Positions 1-8,470 of a stretch of 64,000 nt of DNA are shown here, piece after piece. The first letter of the stretch is position 1. Every line of letters starts with the position of its first letter. The stretch is from Clostridium sp. CAG:762 (GTDB taxonomy: Bacteria > Bacillota_I > Bacilli_A > RF39 > UBA660). The notes beneath the pieces were generated by a model. That model was not told the origin of the DNA. It searched no databases and worked only from the letters and a program-made list of their open reading frames with translations. The position numbers and the translations under genes are program-made. The DNA lies in the NCBI GenBank assembly GCA_000432575.1, contig HF996781.1, positions 129-64,128 of the forward strand, written 5' to 3'.

Positions 1-2
1 AT

Positions 3-479
3 GATGTTGGACCATATTATGTTTATGAAAATATTATTTCTGGTAAACAAATAGATATACAATACCTAAATGTATATGATGCTATTTTTATTACTGTACC
101 AAAAGATGAACTTATAGATTGGCAAGATACATTAAATACTATTTGTTCTTCACTTAGTTTTACTGATACATTTATAAATGGGTTTAATAGCCAGCAAGAT
201 GCTGTTATGAAAAACTTTCAACAAATTAGAGCAATAGGTAATCAAATAAGCGATGGAATAATGGATTCTTGGGATAAGAGAAATCAGTCTTTTGATATTA
301 TGAGTCAAAAACAAAGTGATGCTACACTTGGTTATGAAAGGGTGTATGATACTGAAACAGGAGAAATTTATAAGGCATATAATGGATTTACTGATGATTA
401 TGATGGTAAAAGATATAAAAGCGTAACTGATGATATGTATTCGAAAAAAACAAGTGGTTATATTGAGAAGAGGGGATAA
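3..479 (+). CDS. hypothetical protein, 5'-truncated by window edge (frame open from nt 3)
   Basis: The 207..479 ORF continues in-frame with no stop back to the window start. No recognisable motif. Confidence 0.5.
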   Translation, partial: DVGPYYVYENIISGKQIDIQYLNVYDAIFITVPKDELIDWQDTLNTICSSLSFTDTFINGFNSQQDAVMKNFQQIRAIGNQISDGIMDSWDKRNQSFDIMSQKQSDATLGYERVYDTETGEIYKAYNGFTDDYDGKRYKSVTDDMYSKKTSGYIEKRG

Positions 480-482
480 TCT

Positions 483-1415
483 ATGAAAAATAAAAAGATT
501 ATTTATATAATATCTTCTATTATTATAGTATTTATAATAGTATTAGTATTTGTTCTTTTAAACCATAAGAAGAATGATTTGAAAAATGATAATAAGAATC
601 AAGATAATTCTAAGAATTTAGTAGAAGCTTTAATGAAAAAAAATAATGAAGCTGATTATAAAAAAATATCTAATGGTGAAATGCTAACAGAAGATACTTC
701 ATTTAGTAAATATTCATTCATAAATAATAATTCTATATATGTTTTTAATCCTAGTAAACTTGATAGTGGAGAATTTGTTTATAAAAAGGTCTATGACATA
801 GACAAAAATATTAAGGTAATGAATATTACTCCTAACGATGGAGCAGATATAAAATTTTATGATTATAATGATACTATATATACATTACATGATGATAATA
901 CAGATAACAAAATTAGAGATAGTTATGATATGTATTTAAACGCAAACTATAAGTTAAGTGATTATCTAAAATGGGAGTATTCTACTGAATTTTTAGGTAA
1001 AAAGATTGATTATGATTTTATGTCTAATTATTTTTACGTAAAAGATAATATTTTATATTTTAAGAATTATGGAAATGAGAAGTACCCTACTATAGAAAAA
1101 GTAAGTGGTAATTACGAAGGTGAACAAGTAAGTAGAATATACAATGAAAGAATTCTTAAAACTGATAAAGCATTTTATGAATTAATGAGTTATTTTGATA
1201 CTAATTTAAATAAAACAGTTACTACGACGGTTAGAATTAATTTACTTACTAAGTATTATGATGAAATATTAACATTTACATATAAGTATGTAATATTAAA
1301 AGATTATACAATAATACCAATAAATGATGTTATGGAAAATAGAGTTAGAAATTATTCATATGATTACTTTTTGAGTGGCTTTAATCATATGAATGAAGTT
1401 AGATATGAAGAATAA
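483..1415 (+). CDS. hypothetical membrane-anchored protein (N-terminal TM helix, Asn/Tyr-rich ectodomain)
   Basis: 310-aa ORF. Hydrophobic segment IIYIISSIIIVFIIVLVFVLL near the N-terminus. Its last 8 codons and downstream sequence are duplicated at 4775..4867. Confidence 0.55.
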   Translation: MKNKKIIYIISSIIIVFIIVLVFVLLNHKKNDLKNDNKNQDNSKNLVEALMKKNNEADYKKISNGEMLTEDTSFSKYSFINNNSIYVFNPSKLDSGEFVYKKVYDIDKNIKVMNITPNDGADIKFYDYNDTIYTLHDDNTDNKIRDSYDMYLNANYKLSDYLKWEYSTEFLGKKIDYDFMSNYFYVKDNILYFKNYGNEKYPTIEKVSGNYEGEQVSRIYNERILKTDKAFYELMSYFDTNLNKTVTTTVRINLLTKYYDEILTFTYKYVILKDYTIIPINDVMENRVRNYSYDYFLSGFNHMNEVRYEE

Positions 1416-1486
1416 TAATGTGCAGTTGCTACGCTGTTGTAATTCTTTAAGTTAAATTTAATGAACTATAATTGCAATAGCAAATA
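1392..1486. repeat. left copy of ~95-bp imperfect direct repeat (about 90% identical to 4775..4867)
   Basis: AATGAAGTTAGATATGAAGAATAA..TGCAGTTGCTAYGCTGTTGTAATTCTT..AAGTTAAAT..TAATGAACTA.AATTGCAATAGCAAAT is present at both sites. Confidence 0.8.
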
Positions 1487-1573
1487 TTGAAAAACAATAG
1501 AATTATAAATAACTATTGTTTTTGTTCTTAGCATATGCTATACATGAAAACAATATAGGAGTAGTAGAATAGT

Positions 1574-2620
1574 ATGAATAATAAAACAATTAAACAAGTA
1601 ACTAGATATTTTGGCTATACATTATCTTTTATAGGAGTAACTATATTAGCAATTGTGGTAACATTAATATCAACTGTTTATTTACTATGCAAAGGACCAT
1701 CCACGAAAGCAAAAGAACTATTTGTAACCACCTTTCTTGAGACAGGACAAATGAAATTTATGGCTTCTTTATTTATGGATAAACTAGAAATAAATAAAAT
1801 AATATCAAATAACAATTTAAGTAAAATGGATACAGAAATAAAAGGTGAATTAATTGACATATCCAAAGAACAAAAAAAAGATTTAATTACAATAGAAAAA
1901 ATCACTGGTGATAATTTCGAGGGTACAATGATGATTGTAAGTGATCCATCTAAAATTTCTCTTGGTACTACATATCCCTGGACAGAATATGGGAAAGAAC
2001 TAAATAAAATAGTAAAATCTCAAAATGCCATTGCGGGAATCAACGGAGGATTATACGTTTCTGCCCAAAATAAAGGAGGAACGCCCCGTGGTTTAGCTGT
2101 CAGTAATGGAGAAATATTAAAAATAGAATCAGGTATTCAGGGGATGCATTTAATAGGCTTTGATAATAAAAATATTTTAAGAGTAATTGATTTATCTAAC
2201 AAAAGTGTGGAACAAATAAAAGAAGTTATAACCACTGAAAAAATAAGAGATGCCGTTGCCTTTCAAGACAGTACCAGTGATAAGAATAACCACTTTGTCA
2301 AACTAATCATCAATGGAGAAAAAAGACAACTAAATGGCCTTGGCAGTGGGGCCAACCCAAGAACAGCAATTGGGCAAAGAAAAGATGGAAGTATTCTGCT
2401 TCTAGTAACCGATGGAAGGGGCAAAAATGGACATTTAGGTGCTACTGCTAGTGATCTTATTGATATCATGAGTAAATATGAAGCTATAAATGCCGCTAAC
2501 CTAGATGGAGGAAGTTCATCTTGTATGTATTATAAAGACAAATACCTCATGACAAGTGTTACATTCTATTATGCTAATTCTTCTTGGAAATTACCAACCG
2601 CATTTGTAGTAAAGGAGTAA
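1574..2620 (+). CDS. phosphodiester glycosidase family protein (NAGPA/DUF2233-like), membrane anchored
   Basis: N-terminal TM helix. C-terminal NLDGGSSS motif is characteristic of the phosphodiester glycosidase/DUF2233 fold. Other supporting segments: GINGGLY, RTAIG, LLVTDGRG. Confidence 0.6.
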   Translation: MNNKTIKQVTRYFGYTLSFIGVTILAIVVTLISTVYLLCKGPSTKAKELFVTTFLETGQMKFMASLFMDKLEINKIISNNNLSKMDTEIKGELIDISKEQKKDLITIEKITGDNFEGTMMIVSDPSKISLGTTYPWTEYGKELNKIVKSQNAIAGINGGLYVSAQNKGGTPRGLAVSNGEILKIESGIQGMHLIGFDNKNILRVIDLSNKSVEQIKEVITTEKIRDAVAFQDSTSDKNNHFVKLIINGEKRQLNGLGSGANPRTAIGQRKDGSILLLVTDGRGKNGHLGATASDLIDIMSKYEAINAANLDGGSSSCMYYKDKYLMTSVTFYYANSSWKLPTAFVVKE

Positions 2621-2627
2621 AACTAGT

Positions 2628-3716
2628 ATGAAGAAGAAATCTAAATTTAAAAAATATCTACTAATCTATAGCTTTATATTACTCTTATCAATGGTGGCAT
2701 TTATCTCATATATATATATCATCCTAATAAATTATGAATTTAATAACATAGATAATTTTCTTCTTTATACCATAAATAATTTAGATAATCAAACACTATC
2801 ATCCTATCTTGAAAAAAACAATTTAAATAAAGATGATGTCAATTTATATAAAGACTTAACAAAATCAAAAGACTATAAATTTAAAAAAATAGAAAATAAT
2901 ATATACGAAGCATATCTAAATGACAATCTAATGTTTACTATTGTTACCGAAGTAGATCACAAAGTAAATAAATTTGGCTTACTTAACTATGATGTTCTTA
3001 AATTGAAGAAAATTACTCCCTCATTAGATCGTGGTTTAGTATATTATAATATTACTATTCCTAGCAATTACAAATTATATGTAGATAACACCTTAATAGA
3101 AAACTACAGTGAAAAAAAGCCATATCCAGAATTAGATTATTTATATAATACTGATTTTATGCCATATATGTTAACTTATCATGTAGATAATTTAAATGGT
3201 AAAGAAAAAATTAAAGTTATTGATTTTACAAATCATGAAGTAGAATTGACTAAAGACAAAAACAATTATTTAGTAAATAATTATATTATTGAAAAACCAA
3301 CCTATCAAGAAGCAAATGAAATTTTAGAAATTAATACCGATATTCTTTCTTTTGCCAAAAAATGGAGTTTATTTCTAACTAATGACTTAGAAGGAAATCA
3401 TAATGGTTTTGATACTATTCAAATGTATTTAGCCAAAAACACCGACATATACACAAAAGCGAAAAAATGGTCAAGTGGTGTGGATATCCAATTTACAAGT
3501 AAACATACTCTACAGAAAAACACATTTACCAATGAAAAATTAACAAATTTTAAAATATATGATAATAACCTCTTTAGTTGTGAAGTATATTTAGAAAAAC
3601 ATATGAAAATTAGTGGTGTAAAAGAAGAAAATATAGATATTATGCATGATACTATTTATTTTATTAAAGATGAAACATGGAAAGTGATTAACATAAGATC
3701 ATTAGGAGATGAGTGA
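2628..3716 (+). CDS. hypothetical membrane-anchored protein
   Basis: 362-aa ORF with an RBS. TM segment LLIYSFILLLSMVAFISYIYIIL. Operonic position between the glycosidase and the GT2 gene. Confidence 0.5.
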   Translation: MKKKSKFKKYLLIYSFILLLSMVAFISYIYIILINYEFNNIDNFLLYTINNLDNQTLSSYLEKNNLNKDDVNLYKDLTKSKDYKFKKIENNIYEAYLNDNLMFTIVTEVDHKVNKFGLLNYDVLKLKKITPSLDRGLVYYNITIPSNYKLYVDNTLIENYSEKKPYPELDYLYNTDFMPYMLTYHVDNLNGKEKIKVIDFTNHEVELTKDKNNYLVNNYIIEKPTYQEANEILEINTDILSFAKKWSLFLTNDLEGNHNGFDTIQMYLAKNTDIYTKAKKWSSGVDIQFTSKHTLQKNTFTNEKLTNFKIYDNNLFSCEVYLEKHMKISGVKEENIDIMHDTIYFIKDETWKVINIRSLGDE

Positions 3717-4743
3717 AATGTATAAAGATGTCGTTATTTTAATTCCAGCATATAATCCTAATATAGATATAATGAAAGAGTTTATTTGTACATTAAATAA
3801 TACCTTCCCAAATATAGTAATTGTAAACGATGGTTCTTTACCTCAATATACTTCATTTTTTAATCAATTATCTACTGAACATATCGTTATTACTCATTAT
3901 ATAAATCTAGGTAAGGGGAGAGCTCTTAAAACAGGTATTAATTATATTTTAAATAATTATCCCAATATAAAAGCTATTATTACTGCTGATAGTGATGGAC
4001 AACACGTTGTAAAAGACATAAAAAAATGTTATCACAAATGGCAAAAATCACCTGATTCACTCGTTCTTGGTTGTAGAGATTTTAAAAGCAAAGAAGTACC
4101 ATTCAAATCACGATATGGAAATAAAATAACAAAAGATATATTTATGCTTTTTACAGGTCTTAAAATATCAGACACTCAAACAGGTCTAAGAGTTATGTCA
4201 AAGGAAGTAGCTACTTATTTATTAAACGTAAAAGGAGAAAGATACGAATATGAAACCAATGTCTTATTAGCAACTAAAAGACTAGATATTTCTATTACTG
4301 AGGAAAAAATTGGTACTATATATCTAAATAATAACAAAGAAAGCCATTTTAATCCAATTAAAGATTCCATTGAAATATATAAGTTATTTATGAAATATAT
4401 AATATCTTCTTTAAGTAGTTTTATTCTTGATATTCTTTTGTTTACTATATTTATCAAACTTACAAATGAAGTAATAACTTCATCCGTTATATCAAGGATA
4501 ATATCCTCAATATATAATTTTTTAATAAATAAAAACTTAATTTTTAAGAATAGTGATAACAAAAGTATAATTAAATATTATCTCTTAGTTATAATTCAGT
4601 TAGCAATATCTACAACTATTACAAAAGTACTAAATAACTGCATTAAATTAAATATAGTTATCATAAAAATATTAGTTGATACATTTATATTTATAATAAA
4701 CTTTGTCATTCAAAGAGAAATCGTTTTTAAAAAAAATAAATAA
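3709..4743 (+). CDS. family 2 glycosyltransferase fused to a GtrA-like membrane domain (polyprenyl-phosphate sugar transferase type)
   Basis: N-terminal ILIPAYNP...VNDGS...DSDGQH shows GT-A DxD-type motifs. The C-terminal 120 aa are multi-TM and GtrA-like. Overlaps the upstream gene by 8 nt. Confidence 0.7.
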   Translation: MSEMYKDVVILIPAYNPNIDIMKEFICTLNNTFPNIVIVNDGSLPQYTSFFNQLSTEHIVITHYINLGKGRALKTGINYILNNYPNIKAIITADSDGQHVVKDIKKCYHKWQKSPDSLVLGCRDFKSKEVPFKSRYGNKITKDIFMLFTGLKISDTQTGLRVMSKEVATYLLNVKGERYEYETNVLLATKRLDISITEEKIGTIYLNNNKESHFNPIKDSIEIYKLFMKYIISSLSSFILDILLFTIFIKLTNEVITSSVISRIISSIYNFLINKNLIFKNSDNKSIIKYYLLVIIQLAISTTITKVLNNCIKLNIVIIKILVDTFIFIINFVIQREIVFKKNK

Positions 4744-4774
4744 TGCTGATAAATTGAGTGACTTTAATTATATA

Positions 4775-4867
4775 AATGAAGTTAGATATGAAGAATAAAT
4801 AATATGCAGTTGCTATGCTGTTGTAATTCTTAAGTTAAATTAATGAACTAGAATTGCAATAGCAAAT
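4775..4867. repeat. right copy of the ~95-bp direct repeat (duplicates the 3' end of gene 483..1415 plus its downstream sequence)
   Basis: Alignment to 1392..1486. The copy contains a displaced gene-tail ...NEVRYEE-stop in another context. Confidence 0.8.
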
Positions 4868-4955
4868 GTTTAAATATGCCTTAAATAATGAATATATTAG
4901 TACAAAAAACTTAGAAAATTTAGATTATTTATTAATAAAAGAAAAGAGTAGTATT

Positions 4956-5312
4956 ATGAAAAATAAGAAAATTATTAATAGTTTTAAGAATGCTTTTAAT
5001 GGAATGATAGTTTCTTTTAAACAAGAAAGGAATATGAAAATTCATATAAGTATTATGTTTTTAGCAATTTTATTAGGTATTATATTTAAAATTAAAATGG
5101 TAGAATGGATTATATGTATTATTTGTTTTGCTTTAGTAATTGGAGGAGAACTATTTAACACTGCAATTGAAATAACTATTGATATAGCTATGCCTAATTT
5201 TAACGAAAAAGCGAAGAAGGCTAAAGATATATCTGCTGGGGCTGTATTAGTTTTAGCAATTGCCTCTGCAATTATAGGATTCATAATTTTTGTACCTAAA
5301 ATAATTGGTTAA
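4956..5312 (+). CDS. dgkA: diacylglycerol/undecaprenol kinase family protein (DgkA-like)
   Basis: GGELFNTAIE and AKDISAGAVLVLAI match the conserved prokaryotic DgkA core (E. coli EILNSAIE / AKDMGSAAVL). Three TM helices. Internal Met chosen as start because the upstream ATG lies inside the repeat. Confidence 0.7.
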   Translation: MKNKKIINSFKNAFNGMIVSFKQERNMKIHISIMFLAILLGIIFKIKMVEWIICIICFALVIGGELFNTAIEITIDIAMPNFNEKAKKAKDISAGAVLVLAIASAIIGFIIFVPKIIG

Positions 5313-5375
5313 AAATACTTTTCTTTTTAATAAAATAATGTTATTATATATTTAATTTAAGAAAGAGGTGTTAAT

Positions 5376-6656
5376 ATGATAGATATTAATTTAATTAGAA
5401 ATAATCCTGAATTGGTAAAAGAAAATATAAAAAAGAAATTTCAAGATAAGAAATTACCTTTAGTAGATGAAGTTATTTCTTTAGATAAAGAACTTAGAAA
5501 TATAAAGGTAAAAGCAGATAATCTTAGAAATGAAAGAAACACTTTATCTAAAGAAATAGGTAATTTTATGCGTGATAAGAAGATAGATGATGCTAACAAA
5601 AATAAGGAAAAAGTAACTAATATTAACAGTGAATTAATTAATCTCGAAGAAAAAGAAGAAAAGTTAGCAAATGAAATAAAGGAAAAAATGATGGTTATTC
5701 CAAACATTATAGCTGATGATGTTCCTATTGGAGAAGATGATAGTAAAAATGTTGAAGAAGAAAAATTTGGTGAACCAACAGTACCAAACTTTGAAATACC
5801 ATACCATGCTGATATTATGGCACGCTTAAATGGTTTAGACAAAGAATCAGCATCTCGTGTAAGTGGCAGTGGATTTTACTATTTAACAGGTGATATTGCC
5901 AGATTACATTCTGCAGTTTTAGCTTATGCTAGAGATTTTATGATAGATAAAGGGTTTACCTATTGTATTCCACCATATATGATTCATGGAGATGCTGTTG
6001 ATGGTGTAATGTCATTTGAAGAAAAAGAAAATATGATGTATAAAATAGAAGGAGAGGACTTATATTTAATAGGTACATCTGAACATTCTATGATAGCCAA
6101 ATTTAAAGATCAAATACTAAAAGAGAGCGATCTTCCTATTACTATGACATCTTATTCACCATGTTTTAGAAAAGAAACTGGTGCTCATGGTATCGAAGAA
6201 AGGGGAATTTATAGAATTCATCAGTTTGAGAAACAAGAAATGGTTGTACTATGCAAGAAAGAAGAAAGTGATATTTGGTATGAAAAAATGTGGTCTTACT
6301 CAGTGGAATTATTCAGGAATTTAAACATTCCAGTTCGTAAACTTATTTGTTGCAGTGGAGATTTAGCTGATTTAAAATATCGTTCATGTGATATAGAAGC
6401 ATGGAGCCCTAGACAACAAAAATATTTTGAAGTGTGTTCTTGTTCTAACTTAACAGATGCTCAGGCTAGAAGATTGGGAATCCGCTACAAAAAGGAAAAT
6501 GGCGAAAAGGAATATGTTCATACCTTAAACGATACAGTAATAGCTCCACCTAGGATGTTAATTGCTTTTCTTGAAAATAATTTAAACGTAGATGGAACAG
6601 TTAATATTCCAATTCCTTTAAGACCTTATATGGGAAATAAAACAAAGATTGGTTAA
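5376..6656 (+). CDS. serS: seryl-tRNA synthetase
   Basis: 426 aa. N-terminal coiled-coil arm, class II aaRS core, and GSGFYYLTGDIARLH. Typical SerS length and architecture. RBS AAGAAAGAGGTG. Confidence 0.85.
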   Translation: MIDINLIRNNPELVKENIKKKFQDKKLPLVDEVISLDKELRNIKVKADNLRNERNTLSKEIGNFMRDKKIDDANKNKEKVTNINSELINLEEKEEKLANEIKEKMMVIPNIIADDVPIGEDDSKNVEEEKFGEPTVPNFEIPYHADIMARLNGLDKESASRVSGSGFYYLTGDIARLHSAVLAYARDFMIDKGFTYCIPPYMIHGDAVDGVMSFEEKENMMYKIEGEDLYLIGTSEHSMIAKFKDQILKESDLPITMTSYSPCFRKETGAHGIEERGIYRIHQFEKQEMVVLCKKEESDIWYEKMWSYSVELFRNLNIPVRKLICCSGDLADLKYRSCDIEAWSPRQQKYFEVCSCSNLTDAQARRLGIRYKKENGEKEYVHTLNDTVIAPPRMLIAFLENNLNVDGTVNIPIPLRPYMGNKTKIG

Positions 6657-6657
6657 A

Positions 6658-7674
6658 ATGACTAAGATATTTGATTTTAAAGATAAAATAAATGAAGAAG
6701 AATTAAGAGAAGCATCTTTTGTTATAAAAGAGAATGGATTAGTTATATTTCCTACAGAAACTGTCTACGGACTCGGGGCTAATGCTTTAAGCAACGAAGC
6801 AGTATCTAAGATATTTATAGCAAAAGGTCGTCCTAATGATAATCCATTAATAGTACATATTAGTAATTTTGATATGTTAAATAAACTAACAAAAAATATA
6901 ACTGATATTGAAAAAAAATTAATTGATGCTTTTTTTCCTGGGCCTTTTACTTTAATATTAGAAAAAAGTGATCTTGTTCCAAATAATGTAACATGTAATT
7001 TAAATACAGTAGGTATAAGGATGCCTTCAAATAAGATAGCAAATAGATTAATAGAATTATCTGGACCTATCGCTGCTCCAAGTGCTAATATATCAGGTCG
7101 CCCAAGCGGTACTAAAGCCAGTGATATAATAGAAGAATTTAATGATAAGGTAGATGTTATCATTGATGGAGGAAGTACTAAAATTGGTTTAGAGTCTACT
7201 GTTGTTAAAGTAATCGATGGTGTACCTACAATACTTAGACCTGGGTATGTAACTTTAGAAGATATCAAAAAAGTAATTGGAAAAGCTTTAATGCACGATA
7301 AAATAATAAATAATGAAAAAGTATTATCACCAGGACTAAAATATAAGCATTATGCTCCAGAGAGTAAATGCTTGTTAATCTTTAGTGATAAAGAAGATAA
7401 ACAAATAGAATATATAAATCAAATAATAAAACCAGATATGGCTGTTATTGGTTATAAAGAACATAAAAATAAGATTAATACAAATAACTATTTTGTTCAT
7501 GGTTCAATTAATAATTATGAAGAAATAAGCCACAGTATATTTAGTTTACTAAGAGAAGTGGATAAATTAAAACCTAGTTTAATTATTATAGAGGGTGTTC
7601 ATAATACTGGGTTGGGTATGGCTATTAATAATAGGTTAATTAGAAGTTGCAGTCATCATTATACTAATGTTTAA
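6658..7674 (+). CDS. tsaC: L-threonylcarbamoyladenylate synthase (Sua5/YrdC/YwlC family, YrdC + Sua5 C-domain)
   Basis: The ORF has the YrdC-fold plus Sua5 C-terminal domain length (~340 aa). It overlaps the serS stop. A TTG at 6649 is an alternative start. Confidence 0.75.
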   Translation: MTKIFDFKDKINEEELREASFVIKENGLVIFPTETVYGLGANALSNEAVSKIFIAKGRPNDNPLIVHISNFDMLNKLTKNITDIEKKLIDAFFPGPFTLILEKSDLVPNNVTCNLNTVGIRMPSNKIANRLIELSGPIAAPSANISGRPSGTKASDIIEEFNDKVDVIIDGGSTKIGLESTVVKVIDGVPTILRPGYVTLEDIKKVIGKALMHDKIINNEKVLSPGLKYKHYAPESKCLLIFSDKEDKQIEYINQIIKPDMAVIGYKEHKNKINTNNYFVHGSINNYEEISHSIFSLLREVDKLKPSLIIIEGVHNTGLGMAINNRLIRSCSHHYTNV

Positions 7675-8168
7675 AATGAGAATTCTTAAAATAAAAATTA
7701 AGGATTTTTTTTATAAAAAATAAAAAAATGTAAAAATTACTAAAATTAAAAAACTACATGGGAGTTTGTTAAAAACTGACACAAAAACGTTCAAAAATTC
7801 AAAAAACAACCGGGCGTTTTTTAATTTCTGCAATTTGACTTTATAATTAGTTTTGTAGTATAGTGAATTCATCCCATGAAAGGAAGGAAAAACATGAGCA
7901 AATTTTATATCTTTAAACTTAATTTTGATGATGATTAACCACAGCACTAAAATGCAATAGCAAAAAACAAAAATACAAAAAAATCAGTACGGCAGTTACT
8001 GTCGGAGTTTATGTCTACGGTTTATTATTTTATTTAACTTGTAGAAAGTGATATTTCACATAGGCCTCTTTCATTTTTAATTATAAATGTAAATAATGTG
8101 TCAAAAATCATTGTATCTCATTGATTACTTTGATAAAATGTGCTATATTTTTATTGGAGGTATTTTTT

Positions 8169-8441
8169 ATGGAAACACAAATAATTAAAAAGGGATCTAT
8201 GAAAAAAATGAAAGAGGAGCAAAAGGTTATGGAATTAGAATATGATTTAATATGTGATTTTATTAGGTTTAGACATGAACTAGGCTTGACACAAGCAAAT
8301 ATGGCTGCAGAATCAGGCGTAGTTAGGGAGATGATTGCAGTAATAGAGAGCCGAAAAAAACATTCACAAATTAACACTTTAATCAAAATTTTAGAACCTT
8401 TTGGCTATACAATTGGAATTAAAAAAATAGATCATAAATAA
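8169..8441 (+). CDS. XRE-family helix-turn-helix transcriptional regulator
   Basis: LGLTQANMAAESGVVREMIAVIESRKK shows the Cro/C1 HTH pattern. RBS GGAGGT lies 8 nt upstream of ATG 8169. Confidence 0.65.
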   Translation: METQIIKKGSMKKMKEEQKVMELEYDLICDFIRFRHELGLTQANMAAESGVVREMIAVIESRKKHSQINTLIKILEPFGYTIGIKKIDHK

Positions 8442-8470
8442 TATAAAGTAATGAGTTATAAGGAGGAAAA

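Noticed and set aside
1678-1905. Antisense and shadow ORFs inside well-supported genes: 1678..1905-, 2263..2469-, 4215..4562-, 5042..5284-, 5441..5842-, 6765..7268-, 9271..9456-, 14885..15166-, 31494..31685-, 40081..40266-, 46652..46846+, 46984..47241+, 48538..48792-, 51859..52071-, 52680..52931-, 55384..55593-, 57906..58088-, 59837..60052-, 61283..61573-, 62465..62656+, 63323..63547+
   Set aside because: They lie fully within longer ORFs on the opposite strand that have clear family motifs. They are low-complexity and hydrophobic translations of AT-rich antisense sequence, and have no RBS.
4866-4955. Upstream ATG (4866) as the DgkA start
   Set aside because: The ATG lies inside the 95-bp repeat copy and would add 30 non-conserved residues. 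The internal Met at 4956 gives a canonical ~118-aa DgkA.
5313-5375. Expected T-box leader upstream of serS
   Set aside because: The intergenic gap is only 63 bp, too short for a T-box, and no specifier/antiterminator pattern is visible.
7711-7947. 78-aa minus-strand ORF in the tsaC-XRE intergenic region, and 8108..8386- and 15253..15462- similar
   Set aside because: No RBS. They overlap promoter and leader sequences of plus-strand genes. Phe/Leu-rich translation is typical of random AT-rich frames.
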